From a virus: a stretch of DNA of 64,000 bases. Below are positions 1-10,288 of this stretch, piece by piece (position 1 is the stretch's first letter; every line of letters begins with the position of its first letter). The translations under genes and the position numbers were made by a program. Below the pieces are notes generated by a model. That model searched no databases. It was not told the origin of the DNA and saw nothing but the letters and a program-made list of their open reading frames with translations. The stretch lies in the IMG/VR virus record IMGVR_UViG_648276708_000003. The stretch is one strand, 5' to 3'.

Positions 1-1
1 A

Positions 2-2626
2 GGAGCGGATCAGAACGGCTGGCGAAAGATGATGGACAGCGCCAGCATGACTCTTGCCGATCTGGTAAAAGCGGGCGCGGCACAGGCAGGTGATAACAAC
101 GATATTACCAGCACCAGCCAGCTATCCAGCATCAATACGCCAAAGCTGACAGTCTCAAAAAATCTGGAAGTTGGCTCTCAAATCAGTGCCGGATATCGTA
201 TTGGTGTGATTCGTTCTGAACCTTCAGTTCCGTCGATGACGTTTTTACGGACCGATCAGCTGGGTGATAAGCCGCCGACGTATGAAACGGACGTGATGCA
301 GATTGTTGGCCGGGTTGCGGCATTAAGTGGTGATGCCTGGAGCGGCAGGATCCTCGGTGGCATTACCACTACAAACATGACGCATGGCGGCGGAAAAATT
401 GTGGTAGATGCGCGCTCGTCTACCGGCGCAATTACCGCACGTCTCGCTCTAAATGGCGGAGACGGCTTAGCCACACTGCAGGGGGCTGGCGGACTGGCTA
501 TCACCGGTGGTGGAGGCCTGTCGTCGGATGGTGCCGGACTCTTTGCCGCTGACGCAACTACGCTCCAGCTGAAGCCCAAAACCAAAGACAAAGCCTACTA
601 TCTGCGCGGCAAAAAGTCTGATGACACGCTGCACTGGTATTTCGGCCAGTCTAGGGACAGTAACGATGCCGTTACCTGGGGGAACTCAATCACGAGTACA
701 TGGCTCACCCTGTCAGGTGACGGTACGGGTGAAACCAACGTTTCAACAATGAACTTCCTGAACAGCGCGGTTGTCGGTGGCAACCTTACGGTAAACAGGG
801 GCGCTGACTTTACCGGGCCGGTAAACGTGCTTGCGAAGGGGGCAACAGCGGTAGGCGATCTGACCAATGCCGCGCTGGTGGTGACGGGCAGCATCAGTGA
901 CGGCACCCAGGGAATCACTGTTAACAGCTTTGCGCCTACAATCACTTTTATCGATCGCGACGCAGATGCAGCGGGCTTCCGCCTGAGAGGCGAGGGCAGT
1001 AGCCTGCGTCTCGATGTGGATAACCGGAATAATGGCGTAACGTGGAACCAGAATATCGCGCTCTTCAGCGACAAAGGGCATCTAGCACTTGGCGGTAGCA
1101 GTGACAGCACTGGACGCATGCTGACGATTGGAAGCACAGCACCGGGCAAAGGTAATCTGACAGGAACCACCCAGATTGCTGCAATGGCTTACACTAATCT
1201 CGGTGCAGACGCGACAGTCCGTGGCATTGGTTTTGGTGTCGAAATGTCAGTAGGTGACGGAAAAACCGGACAAAACTTGCCTGAAGTTGTCGAGTTTTGG
1301 GGTAACAGCACAGTTGTTAACGCCAATGCCACCGTAGGGCTAATGTCGTCTTTCCGCGTGTTTGATAAAGCCAATCTCAGCATTAAAGCGGCCTATGCAT
1401 TTGAAGGGATGATGACGCAACGCGCAGGATTAAATCGGTGGAACCTGTATATGCAGGGAACGGCACCAAACTATCTGCGCGGACAGACGATCATTGGCGG
1501 AGTGGATACAGCCCTTCCGGCCAGTTATGTCGCGTTGTCGGTAAAAGGTGGGCTGGAAGTCAGCGATTTATTCAGGGCTTCCAACGCTGCGGAGTTCAGA
1601 AGCCAGGTCAGCATAATTTCAGCAAATCCGTATATCGACTTCAATTCATCAACTGCACAGATGAATGACTACGACGCCCGTATTCTGGTCGATACGACTG
1701 ATGCAACTGCTTCGGGGCAGGCAACAATGAATATCGTTGCCGGTCATCTCAATATCAATGCAGCGTCGCATTTAGTTGGGTCACTTGTTGTTGATAAAGA
1801 TGCGCACTTTGAGAGTGATACCTTTGTCGGAGGCCGACTATTTACAACAACACATATAAGCATCGGAAATATCGGAACAGCTTCTTTTGCTGATAGTCAT
1901 GGCTCGATCAATATTGGCGACTCCGATACAGGTTTATTATGTCCTGATGATGGAACATTAGATGTTTATACAAACAACGTTAAAACGGCCCGCTTTACCA
2001 CGAACAAACTATATGTATACGGAAAAATAGTTCAAGAAGACCCGGATTTCCGCATACGTCCGGTTGGTGGCAAAGGCATCGGAATGCTGCACCGGTTTGA
2101 TGGCTCAAACTATTACATGCTGGTCACAAACCAGAATGATCCGGATGGGGGATTTAATACTCTAAGGCCGTTCAGCTTTAATGGCACCAATGGCGACGTT
2201 CTTATGAACCATAACGTCAACGTAGGCGCTAGCTTTTCCGCAAATGGAAATATCAATGCTGGTGGCGATGTTGTAGGTGGCAACTTTTCAGCACGAGGAA
2301 ATGTTAGTGCTGCTGGAAATCTTTATGCCGGTAATGTGGTGTATTCCGGTAATGGTCAGTCGGTCATGCATGCGGATGGCAATATCTATGGTCCGGTTTG
2401 GGGCGGATTTATCAATAACTACATTGCAGCACGATATGTTAGTGCCGTCAGATTTGCCGGTTTTAAGCAAGGATCAACCTGGAACGGCCCCGGTATTTCT
2501 GAAGAGAGCGGCTACGTTATAACGTCTGCCAGGAACGACAACCAGGACCAATATATCGACGTCGTGACGGCGCGATGCGTTCAGTACTGTATTAACGGTG
2601 GCTGGTATACAGCAGGCTTTGCGTAA
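2..2626 (+). CDS. Tail fibre protein (5' end lies outside the window)
   Basis: Frame is open from base 2 upstream of the Met at 29; Gly/Thr/Asn-rich with T-even gp37-like motifs (GSINIGDSDTG, LRPFSFN); followed by a fibre assembly gene; position of P1 gene S. Confidence 0.85.
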   Translation, partial: GADQNGWRKMMDSASMTLADLVKAGAAQAGDNNDITSTSQLSSINTPKLTVSKNLEVGSQISAGYRIGVIRSEPSVPSMTFLRTDQLGDKPPTYETDVMQIVGRVAALSGDAWSGRILGGITTTNMTHGGGKIVVDARSSTGAITARLALNGGDGLATLQGAGGLAITGGGGLSSDGAGLFAADATTLQLKPKTKDKAYYLRGKKSDDTLHWYFGQSRDSNDAVTWGNSITSTWLTLSGDGTGETNVSTMNFLNSAVVGGNLTVNRGADFTGPVNVLAKGATAVGDLTNAALVVTGSISDGTQGITVNSFAPTITFIDRDADAAGFRLRGEGSSLRLDVDNRNNGVTWNQNIALFSDKGHLALGGSSDSTGRMLTIGSTAPGKGNLTGTTQIAAMAYTNLGADATVRGIGFGVEMSVGDGKTGQNLPEVVEFWGNSTVVNANATVGLMSSFRVFDKANLSIKAAYAFEGMMTQRAGLNRWNLYMQGTAPNYLRGQTIIGGVDTALPASYVALSVKGGLEVSDLFRASNAAEFRSQVSIISANPYIDFNSSTAQMNDYDARILVDTTDATASGQATMNIVAGHLNINAASHLVGSLVVDKDAHFESDTFVGGRLFTTTHISIGNIGTASFADSHGSINIGDSDTGLLCPDDGTLDVYTNNVKTARFTTNKLYVYGKIVQEDPDFRIRPVGGKGIGMLHRFDGSNYYMLVTNQNDPDGGFNTLRPFSFNGTNGDVLMNHNVNVGASFSANGNINAGGDVVGGNFSARGNVSAAGNLYAGNVVYSGNGQSVMHADGNIYGPVWGGFINNYIAARYVSAVRFAGFKQGSTWNGPGISEESGYVITSARNDNQDQYIDVVTARCVQYCINGGWYTAGFA

Positions 2627-2634
2627 GGATAAAT

Positions 2635-3219
2635 ATGTTAAATTCTGGACCATTTAAAAAATATACACCGAATGTGCCGGTCGTTACTGAATCTTCCACT
2701 GATGAAGAAAAAGTAGAGGCTGCCAGACTGCAGTCGCTCAATGACATGAATATCATTTTTGTCCGATGCAAAAGCGGTCAGGACTGGTATGAGTCGCAAA
2801 AACTGTATTCACCAGACACGATGAAAATTGTGTACGACGAAGCAGGTCGGGTAGTTAGCTTTGACACGGACGCTTCAAAGCTGTGGCCGATCAACTGCTG
2901 GGTGGCAGAGGTGGCCGCTTCGGATATTCCAGACGGCATGGATAGATTAGGCGGGTGGGTTTACCGTAATGGCAAGGTAGTGGCTTATAAACACTCTGCC
3001 GCAGAGCTGCAGGAAATGGCTGAGCGCACCAGAAGTTCACTCCTGGCAAAAGCGCGAGCCTTTATCAGTGACTGGCAGGCGGAGTTGGCGCTTGGCATCC
3101 TGCCGGATAACGATAAGGCGCAGCTGGTGGAGTGGATGGCTTACATCCGGCAGCTTAAAGAAACTGATATCGGCAACGTGCCGGAATCTGCCTGGCCTGC
3201 ACCACCAGCAGCACTCTGA
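2635..3219 (+). CDS. Tail fibre assembly chaperone (Tfa/gpU-like)
   Basis: GQDWYESQK..DTMKIVYD N-terminus and W..Y...L...D......WP..P C-terminus typical of Caudo_TAP proteins. Confidence 0.85.
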   Translation: MLNSGPFKKYTPNVPVVTESSTDEEKVEAARLQSLNDMNIIFVRCKSGQDWYESQKLYSPDTMKIVYDEAGRVVSFDTDASKLWPINCWVAEVAASDIPDGMDRLGGWVYRNGKVVAYKHSAAELQEMAERTRSSLLAKARAFISDWQAELALGILPDNDKAQLVEWMAYIRQLKETDIGNVPESAWPAPPAAL

Positions 3220-3266
3220 TCTCCCTCCTAACAGCGCCTCCGGGTGCTGTTTTTCTTTACCTCTCT

Positions 3267-3287
3267 AAATTACAGACTCCGTACCCT
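3267..3287 (+). promoter_or_regulatory. Candidate Lpa-dependent late promoter (lydA-dar operon)
   Basis: AAATTACAGACTCCGTACCCT; same motif precedes four other late genes. Confidence 0.65.
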
Positions 3288-3322
3288 CTCGCCACCTGAT
3301 TACCAGGTGCTAAGGGGGGTAT

Positions 3323-3640
3323 GTGACCGATGTAGAAAAAATGCTCGCGGTTTCGCTTCTCCTGTCTTTGCTGAGTGGCACAGGCGTTTTCCTGCTGGGA
3401 GTGCGCGAATACCGGATCCGACCGACAGTATTCAACTTTACCACCGAGCTTGTGCTGGCGCTGATTACGGGCCTCACGGCCTATTTCTTTGCCCGCCAGC
3501 AGGGACTGGACGAAATCGTGATTTACCTTGCCGTGTTAGTTGCAAGCAACAACTGGCGAGAACTCTCAACCGTGTTTAAAGAACGACTCATTGCGGCAAT
3601 AAATGGCGTATTTGGGTCAAAAGGAGGCTCCGGCCCATGA
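3323..3640 (+). CDS. lydA: Holin LydA
   Basis: Two TM helices, LLSLLSGTGVFL and ASNN motifs match recalled P1 LydA; synteny. Confidence 0.85.
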   Translation: MTDVEKMLAVSLLLSLLSGTGVFLLGVREYRIRPTVFNFTTELVLALITGLTAYFFARQQGLDEIVIYLAVLVASNNWRELSTVFKERLIAAINGVFGSKGGSGP

Positions 3641-4092
3641 TTGATTACCAGAACCTGTTTATCACAGCGATGGCGGCGGCGATGGTTGTCGATCGCTGCG
3701 CCTTTGCCCGTAAAAAAGTGTCTCTGCTTGGATGTGGCGTGGCCACTGTGCGCGGCAACGCGCTGGCATTCCCGGTCCGCCTCAACATTGCCTGCGTGGG
3801 TAAACTTGCAGGAGCCAAAATTGAGTACTGGCTGCGCGATAGTAATGATCCGACAGTGGTCATTTCCGGCAAGCAGCGCACGCTGGACCTCTCACCAAAA
3901 GGCGTGAGCGAAGAGTTTTTGCTGATCGATACGCGCTATCTGGAACCGGGCGAGTGGTCGCTGACAGTGCGCGTGACCCACGGTAACAGCCGCCTGAACC
4001 CGCTTTATCGCATTTTCCCGCTTCAGGATACCGTCACCAGAACCTACCAGCTGAGCCAGTCAGAGCAGGGGGAATACCGTGTCGAATCCTAA
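3637..4092 (+). CDS. lydB: Antiholin LydB
   Basis: YWLRD..P and VTHG.S.LNPLYRIFP motifs match recalled P1 LydB; overlaps lydA stop. Confidence 0.85.
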   Translation: MIDYQNLFITAMAAAMVVDRCAFARKKVSLLGCGVATVRGNALAFPVRLNIACVGKLAGAKIEYWLRDSNDPTVVISGKQRTLDLSPKGVSEEFLLIDTRYLEPGEWSLTVRVTHGNSRLNPLYRIFPLQDTVTRTYQLSQSEQGEYRVES

Positions 4093-4696
4093 GACCTACG
4101 TCCTGCTGAGCTTTGACGAGCTCAACGAGAAGGGGCTGGCAAAGCTGAAAAAGGCGATCGCCACCAGCGGCTTTGAAGTAGCCAAAATCACCGCCGCCGG
4201 CGCAGCCCGGAAAAAGGATGGCGTTCTCACTAAAACCTTCAGCCTCACCGGCATGGACGAGCAGGTTATGACCGTGCAGGTCAACGACAGCGGCGACATT
4301 TCCGGCCTAAAACTGAACGGTAAAAACGTGCCGTTTACACACGTCACCACGATCCCCGACCTGGGACGCCAGCTGGCTGCGTTATTTAAAAAAGGCTCGA
4401 CGGCATTCCAGAAGGCGCTGGCGCGCAAGATGGCACGCGCCGCCGCCAGCAAAGACGACTCTCCGCAGCCAAAACGCGGTGTGAAATCGTCAGTGCAGAT
4501 GTTGGCCGAAGTGCGCCAGCAGCGTGACGCCTACAAAGCGGGTATCGAGGAAACTCAGAAGAAGGCTGACCAATTGACGCGGGATGCCGACACGGCACAG
4601 AAAAATGCGGACAGCTTACAGACCGAGCTTAATCAGGAGCAGGCGATCACCCGCCAGCTGAAAGAGCAGATCGCCCAACTGGAAGAGGCAGCATGA
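4079..4696 (+). CDS. hdf: Hdf, DarA N-terminal homologue (antirestriction)
   Basis: FDELNEKGL..LKK start, C-terminal coiled coil; synteny between lydB and darA. Confidence 0.8.
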   Translation: MSNPKTYVLLSFDELNEKGLAKLKKAIATSGFEVAKITAAGAARKKDGVLTKTFSLTGMDEQVMTVQVNDSGDISGLKLNGKNVPFTHVTTIPDLGRQLAALFKKGSTAFQKALARKMARAAASKDDSPQPKRGVKSSVQMLAEVRQQRDAYKAGIEETQKKADQLTRDADTAQKNADSLQTELNQEQAITRQLKEQIAQLEEAA

Positions 4697-6879
4697 TGAA
4701 TGAGATTTTAAGCAACCGTATGGTGCTGGACCTCCAGAACCGCACACCGGGCGCAGTGCTGGCGCAGGCGGTTTATGACGGCCTGATGACCGGCAGCAGC
4801 GCGGATATGATGCTGGAAAGCGTCACTATCGACGATATAGATCACACCTACCTGGGAAATGAAAGTCTGGTGCCGGGTGCGATGTTTGAGGCGATCAGCA
4901 CCGAGCGCATGCGTCTGGCGCAGACCATGCGCGCCTTTGTGAAAGCGTTAAACCGTGGCCTGAACGGGACCAATATCAGCGCCGGTACTGACGATGCAGG
5001 CGCTGATACTACCGGGCAAAAAGCTGTGGGCGGCGCGGTGATTGGTAAAGTTCGCCGTGTGGCCAGCATACCGGTTATGAGTGCGCTGATTCCATTATCG
5101 GACGGGCAGAGCGTGTCGCTGGTGTTTCACTCTCCGACCGCTGACAACGGTAAGATCCGTAATCAGGATACGCTGGTGGCGTTTCAGTTCCTGATCAACA
5201 AGCGCGACGTGACACACATTGTGGCCCCGATTGGCGGACGGGATGTGTCGCTGCAGCAGGTCACGCAGGCGCTTTCCAACCTGATCGAGAAGAACAGCGG
5301 CAAGTTCACAAAGCAGAAGGATGCACAGACGAAGTTACGCGCCGAAGTGGAGACCACACAGGCCGAAACGGACAAGCTGGCAGATCAGCAGTCTGCACTG
5401 CTGGAAGTGGTGGATACACAGACCGCACGCGTGCAGATGCAGCAGGATAATGAGCAGACGCTGCGCGGCAAAGTCGCAGCCCAGCGCCAGATCAATGCCG
5501 ACCTTACCGGACAGCTGGCGGCGCTACAGCAGGCGAAAGCCAGTGAGCCTGAGATCACGGACACTTTCAGCGATCGCACTATCCAGGTTAAAGCGCGCCT
5601 GAACATGGACGGACAGGCGACGCTGAGCAACGGCGCGACGGTCCGATATCACAGCTATGACCAGGACGGACAGCTTAAAGGCAAGGTGATCATCACCGAA
5701 GCGGACGGGACCACGTTTGAAATGCCGTCCAAATCCAGCCAGGGCGCGGAAATAGGTAAAGCCGCCACAAAACTGCTGAAGGCCTACCGCACCGGCGCGG
5801 CGGATAAATACCGTGTCAGTGCTGAGCCAGTTTTGACGCAGGAGCCACAACCTGAACCGGCGCCGCAACCAGAGCCACAGCCACAGCCAGAGCCACAACC
5901 TGTCACACCCGCAGCCGTCTGGCGCTATGCGCTGGTAAACCGGCCAGTGGGTATCGGCGCGGTACCGCCTGAATATGCTTCCGTTGCAGACCAGCCAGCA
6001 GAAGGCCAGCCATACAGCGGCGTTGCGCGTAACGGCATTATTTCCTACGACCGTCCGCTTACTGACAAAGAGATTGCTGACTTTGAGCTGAAGTTGATCC
6101 CGACGCATACGGATCTCGATGAGCTGGCCGTAAACGTGGCCGACAAGATGAGCGATTACGCCGCACAGTATCTGGAAATGTCCTCAGAAGACCCGGACAC
6201 CTACGCAAAACAGGTGCGCATGGTTGCCCGTAAAAACCTGACTGGCGTGGCCTACCCGGAAGGTGAAGACCTGACCTATTTCAATCAGGCCATTAACGCC
6301 AGATTGCAGATCCTTGCAGCAGGTGAACCAAAGCAGGAGGAGACAGACGTGACTGACGATCGTGAAAACACAGACCCGTTCTGGATGGCGGCGAAACGCT
6401 TGGGCGATCTTGTAGGCTGGGCGTCTGACCTGGTAAATGCCTGGGCCGAAGCGCTGGGTTATGGCAGTGAGCAGATGAAGCAAGCGGCGGACTATGTGGA
6501 GGTTAATCAAAGCCCTGATTATCTGAAGGCTGTAGAAGCCGCGATGATCACCGGCAAGCGTATTCCGCTGGTGGAGGAACTAAGCACCTCTGAGCCAGAG
6601 CCAGCCCCGCAGCCAGAGCCACAACCAGAACCGCAGCCTGAGCCAGTGCCGGAAGCAGACACTCAGGCGCAGAAGGCGATTGATTACCTTCAGGGGCTGA
6701 CTTCGCTCGATACCGACGATATGGACGTGATCCGTGCTGGCCGTACCCAAGTCCGTGAGGCCATTGCCGCACTGACGGCCGCAGGTGTATTCGATGAAAA
6801 CGAATCGCTGGTCAATGACGCCGTGCAGCACCTTAGCGATCTGCTGGTGGCCGTGCAGCGTAACGGGGTGGCCGCATGA
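4693..6879 (+). CDS. darA: DarA antirestriction / head morphogenesis protein
   Basis: DarA-N-like region (LSDGQSVSLVFHSP), coiled coil, DarA-C-like motif (YALVNRPVGIGAVP..GIISYDRPL); synteny. Confidence 0.85.
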   Translation: MMNEILSNRMVLDLQNRTPGAVLAQAVYDGLMTGSSADMMLESVTIDDIDHTYLGNESLVPGAMFEAISTERMRLAQTMRAFVKALNRGLNGTNISAGTDDAGADTTGQKAVGGAVIGKVRRVASIPVMSALIPLSDGQSVSLVFHSPTADNGKIRNQDTLVAFQFLINKRDVTHIVAPIGGRDVSLQQVTQALSNLIEKNSGKFTKQKDAQTKLRAEVETTQAETDKLADQQSALLEVVDTQTARVQMQQDNEQTLRGKVAAQRQINADLTGQLAALQQAKASEPEITDTFSDRTIQVKARLNMDGQATLSNGATVRYHSYDQDGQLKGKVIITEADGTTFEMPSKSSQGAEIGKAATKLLKAYRTGAADKYRVSAEPVLTQEPQPEPAPQPEPQPQPEPQPVTPAAVWRYALVNRPVGIGAVPPEYASVADQPAEGQPYSGVARNGIISYDRPLTDKEIADFELKLIPTHTDLDELAVNVADKMSDYAAQYLEMSSEDPDTYAKQVRMVARKNLTGVAYPEGEDLTYFNQAINARLQILAAGEPKQEETDVTDDRENTDPFWMAAKRLGDLVGWASDLVNAWAEALGYGSEQMKQAADYVEVNQSPDYLKAVEAAMITGKRIPLVEELSTSEPEPAPQPEPQPEPQPEPVPEADTQAQKAIDYLQGLTSLDTDDMDVIRAGRTQVREAIAALTAAGVFDENESLVNDAVQHLSDLLVAVQRNGVAA
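5845..5901 (+). repeat. In-frame PQPE linker repeat in darA (second copy about 6590-6655)
   Basis: Encodes EPQPEPAPQPEPQPQPEPQP. Confidence 0.8.
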
Positions 6880-7271
6880 CCTTAACCGCACTGCAAAAGC
6901 TGGATTTAGCCGACCAGCTGGACGAGCTGATTATCAAAGCCCCGACCGTTAAGGGGCTGGACCTTCTGGATCTCAATGACCAGATGGAGGCGATCATGCT
7001 CCAGCTGGGTTATGGCGTTGCGCCAGCACCCGCCACCAGCGAACCGGCACCCGCGCCGGTCACTGAGCCACAGCCGGAACCCGTGAAGGAAGATCAGCCC
7101 GTTCCCGAAGTTGTTACTGACTTTCTGGCCGGTAAGTTCATCAGCCAGGCGCAACTGGATTTTGTTGAGACGCTGCGCCGTGTCGGTGACTACATCGGCG
7201 TTTATCTGGAGCTCGACGACGCGAGACAACAGACCGCCAGCTGGATAGCCGCCAGCGGCCTCGCTGCTTAA
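6876..7271 (+). CDS. ddrA: DdrA
   Basis: MTLTALQKLDLADQLDEL..LLDLNDQME.IM.QLGYG matches recalled P1 DdrA; synteny. Confidence 0.8.
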   Translation: MTLTALQKLDLADQLDELIIKAPTVKGLDLLDLNDQMEAIMLQLGYGVAPAPATSEPAPAPVTEPQPEPVKEDQPVPEVVTDFLAGKFISQAQLDFVETLRRVGDYIGVYLELDDARQQTASWIAASGLAA

Positions 7272-7276
7272 ACATC

Positions 7277-7300
7277 AACCCCGTTTCGGCGGGGTTTTTT
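7277..7300 (+). terminator. Intrinsic terminator
   Basis: AACCCCG-TTTCGG-CGGGGTT followed by T run. Confidence 0.75.
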
Positions 7301-7315
7301 ATTCCTGGGAACAAA

Positions 7316-8680
7316 ATGCTTAACGAGAAATTACGAAATCTGCTGAGCGACGCTGGCAGCATATTTGCCCTGATCGGGCTGGTGGGCTCACTGCGTAAAG
7401 CACAGACCACAACGGGGCGATCGTCATATGTCGTTACCGGCAAAGGGCAGGAGGTAAAGACGGCGTTTAAGGTGGTTGATGCGCGCCACCTGATTATTTC
7501 TAACAACCTCGACGGCACAATAAACGCGCTTTTCCCGGCTGAGTTGCAGCCACGCGACCGCACGCGCCTGACCAGTAAAGTGCAGGTATCTAAAATCGCG
7601 GGCAACCTCCGACCGGCAAAGCTGACTGATTCAGGCATGAGCAGCCACGGCGCGCCAATCGTGGGCGCAGATAACGTGGTTGAGTCGGGTAACGGGCGCT
7701 CGATGGGGATCACCCGCGCCTATGAGCAGGGGCAGGCCGACGAGTACCGCCAGTATCTGATTGAGCACGCAAAAGATTACGGCCTTAAAGCGTCGGATAT
7801 CGCGCAGATGGATATGCCGGTACTGGTGCGTGAGCGCATTACTGACGTTGACCGTGCGCAGTTTGCGAAAGACTCCAACCTCTCCGATTTGCAGGAAATG
7901 GCGGCGAGTGAGAAGGCCTTTGTCGATGCCGAAATGCTCGATGAGCGTCTGATGGCCATCTTCAATCCGTCCGACGACGGCAACCTTCTGGCACGCTCAA
8001 ATGACGGATTTATCCGTGCATTCATGAAAGAGATTGGCGACACAGCGACCGCAGGCCTGCTGACCGAAGACGGGCGCCCGACGAAGCAACTGATTGACCG
8101 TATGCAGAATGCGATCTTTGCCCGCGCCTACAAAGACGAGCGCCTGGTTAAGCTGGTATCCGAAGAGCCGGACCCGGAAATGCGCAACATTCTGACAGCG
8201 CTCAACACAGCGGCAAGCGAGTTTGCACAGATGCAGATGTTATCCGGAGACGTTCACCGGCAGGCCGTCACCGGGCTGGTGGATGGAGTGCAGTCGGTTG
8301 ATGGTCTCGATCAGCAGGCAATCGCTGCGCTGCAGGATGCTATCAAGCTGGTTCGCCAGGCAAAAGACAGCGGGCAGGCTATACAGGAAGTGCTGGCACA
8401 GCAGGGTCTATTTGAGGAGTCCAGCAAGGAGGCCGAAGCCCTGGCGCTGTTTATCGTGGCAAACAACCGCAGCGCGAAACGCATCGGGGCCGCGTTTAAA
8501 AAGATGGCGCAGAAGATCAACGACGAGCTGCTACACCAGCTGCAGGCGTTGGGGGATATGTTCGGCGGCGGTGAGCTGACGCTGAATGACGTGCTGACGG
8601 CGGTATCAGGAGAAATTGAGGAGGAATTTGGTGAAGGTAAGGGGTTAAGCTTTGCCATTTTCGAGTCTGTCAGCGCGTAG
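7316..8680 (+). CDS. ddrB: DdrB-like protein with ParB-like domain
   Basis: LQPRDR, GAPIVG.DNVVESGNGRSM motifs of ddrB-ParB family; synteny after ddrA. Confidence 0.75.
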   Translation: MLNEKLRNLLSDAGSIFALIGLVGSLRKAQTTTGRSSYVVTGKGQEVKTAFKVVDARHLIISNNLDGTINALFPAELQPRDRTRLTSKVQVSKIAGNLRPAKLTDSGMSSHGAPIVGADNVVESGNGRSMGITRAYEQGQADEYRQYLIEHAKDYGLKASDIAQMDMPVLVRERITDVDRAQFAKDSNLSDLQEMAASEKAFVDAEMLDERLMAIFNPSDDGNLLARSNDGFIRAFMKEIGDTATAGLLTEDGRPTKQLIDRMQNAIFARAYKDERLVKLVSEEPDPEMRNILTALNTAASEFAQMQMLSGDVHRQAVTGLVDGVQSVDGLDQQAIAALQDAIKLVRQAKDSGQAIQEVLAQQGLFEESSKEAEALALFIVANNRSAKRIGAAFKKMAQKINDELLHQLQALGDMFGGGELTLNDVLTAVSGEIEEEFGEGKGLSFAIFESVSA

Positions 8681-8715
8681 GCAACGAACTAATTATACTG
8701 GTTCATAATATGTGC

Positions 8716-8795
8716 GTCAGCTCAGACTTGAGCTGACGGTTTTCAATGGCTGCACATCATTAAGTCTGACCGTCTGCTTTGAGCGAAAAGCGGAC
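8716..8795 (+). repeat. Cassette-boundary element A
   Basis: Perfect IR GTCAGCTCA-GACT-TGAGCTGAC (8716-8737) plus GTCTGCTTTGAGCGAAAAGCGGAC (8772-8795). Confidence 0.75.
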
Positions 8796-8859
8796 GCTGC
8801 CTTTAGACGACGATCGATGATGTCGAAGCGATAAGCAATTATTTATCATCATGGCTTTG

Positions 8860-9366
8860 TTATGAGTCGTTTTCCGAGTCTCGTCTCATAAGATATTCGT
8901 CATGAAAAATACCATTAGCGTAAAGCGCAGCAGTATCAGTGGCCCAGTTAGCGAAACCGTACGACCGATAAAGTGCATATGCGGCATGATTCGTTGTGAC
9001 GACGGAAAGCTTTACAGTCCTTACTGAGCTTGCAGCTTCCAGCGCAGCCTCCATTAGCCCTGATGATAGTCCCGATCCCCTCATCCCGGCACGGACATAC
9101 ATCCCCCAGATAGTAGCGACATGACTCAGCTTTGATGAGGTATTGAAGCTCAAACCAATCAGGCCCTGTAAGGTGTTGTGAAGGTCGAATCCGCCGAAAA
9201 CATAATTGGTTCGCAATTTTTCAGCAAAAAATGGTGCTGGCTTCTGGCTCCAGTCTTCGTAGGACGCGCCAAAAGCGTCCGGATGAAGGAGCAACGCTTC
9301 CAGTCTTACTCTTCTGAAATCTTCTAGATCGCTCTCATTAATGCGACGCACCGTAAATGCTTTCAA
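8860..9366 (-). CDS. GNAT N-acetyltransferase
   Basis: GMYVRAGMRGSGLSSGL acetyl-CoA motif; N..A.ALY..YGF. Confidence 0.85.
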   Translation of the reverse strand: MKAFTVRRINESDLEDFRRVRLEALLLHPDAFGASYEDWSQKPAPFFAEKLRTNYVFGGFDLHNTLQGLIGLSFNTSSKLSHVATIWGMYVRAGMRGSGLSSGLMEAALEAASSVRTVKLSVVTTNHAAYALYRSYGFANWATDTAALYANGIFHDEYLMRRDSENDS

Positions 9367-9439
9367 TTAAGGCTCTCTCTGATCATAAATTTTTCACTTC
9401 CACAAACAGATCAACTTAACATGAGTTTTGCACCATGTT

Positions 9440-9502
9440 TTTATAACTGCCTACAAAGCGGTCTGACATGGAGCAAAGGTGCGCTGTGAGCGAAAAGCGG
9501 AC
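9440..9502 (+). repeat. Cassette-boundary element B
   Basis: ..CTGCCTACAAAGCGGTC-15 nt-GTGCGCTGTGAGCGAAAAGCGGAC. Confidence 0.7.
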
Positions 9503-9650
9503 ATTGACTAGTATACCTTGCAAATCTTACAGAATACGCCAGCAGATATAGTGCCGATATGGACCTGAAAGTCTTAAAAGAAACACTTCTCAGGCTTTGT
9601 CTGACAGATTACTGTGTTTAGCAAAGCATTTGAATGGAATGGAGGAGCTA

Positions 9651-10184
9651 ATGTACTGGGAGTCAGAAAGACTACTTTACAGACCAGTAATTATGTCCGA
9701 CGTGGAAGCACTGTTTCGCATATACGGTGACGAAAGAACGCACGCGTTTAACCCAAGAGGTCCACATCGGGACATCGAGCAAAGTCGTAGTGTTATCCTT
9801 CAGCGAACCGCAAACCGCGAGCTGTACGGGTTTGACGACTGGGCTGTCTCTGAAAAGACGGCTCCAGAAAGGATCATTGGATTTGGAGGCGTATTTGTCA
9901 GTCAGTTTAATGGCCGACGAACCAACAATCTGGGCTACCGGCTTGAACCAGAATCATGGGGGAAGGGTTATGCAACTGAACTTTCCTGTCGCGCTTTGAT
10001 ATATGGATTTGACGAGCTAAAACTGCCTGAAATTGTCGAAGTGACACGCGAAAATCATATCGCCTCTCGCCGCGTTCTCGAAAAAGCAGGTTTGCTGTTT
10101 ACCCAAAGGGTGGATAATCCTGAAGACCCACCGGCTAACCTGATGTTCACTCTGAGTATCGAGCAATGGAGGAGGTTAAAATGA
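9651..10184 (+). CDS. RimJ/RimL-type GNAT N-acetyltransferase
   Basis: ERLLYRP, LGYRL..E.WGKGYATE, N.AS.RVLEKAG; ATG 9651 follows GGAGGAG. Confidence 0.85.
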   Translation: MYWESERLLYRPVIMSDVEALFRIYGDERTHAFNPRGPHRDIEQSRSVILQRTANRELYGFDDWAVSEKTAPERIIGFGGVFVSQFNGRRTNNLGYRLEPESWGKGYATELSCRALIYGFDELKLPEIVEVTRENHIASRRVLEKAGLLFTQRVDNPEDPPANLMFTLSIEQWRRLK

Positions 10185-10223
10185 CAGGCTTGAGGCATGG
10201 TTATAGCTTTTGACTACATAATG

Positions 10224-10242
10224 TTATGAGCGAGAAGCGGAC
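10224..10242 (+). repeat. Cassette-boundary element C (partial)
   Basis: TTATGAGCGAGAAGCGGAC, right part of the second palindrome. Confidence 0.6.
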
Positions 10243-10288
10243 TTGGTATTAGGGCCGATTACGCAGCAGGAACCTGCTCCTCGGAGAT

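Noticed and set aside
5845-6655. PQPE repeats as a contingency locus
   Set aside because: In-frame, synonymous-diverged linker repeats
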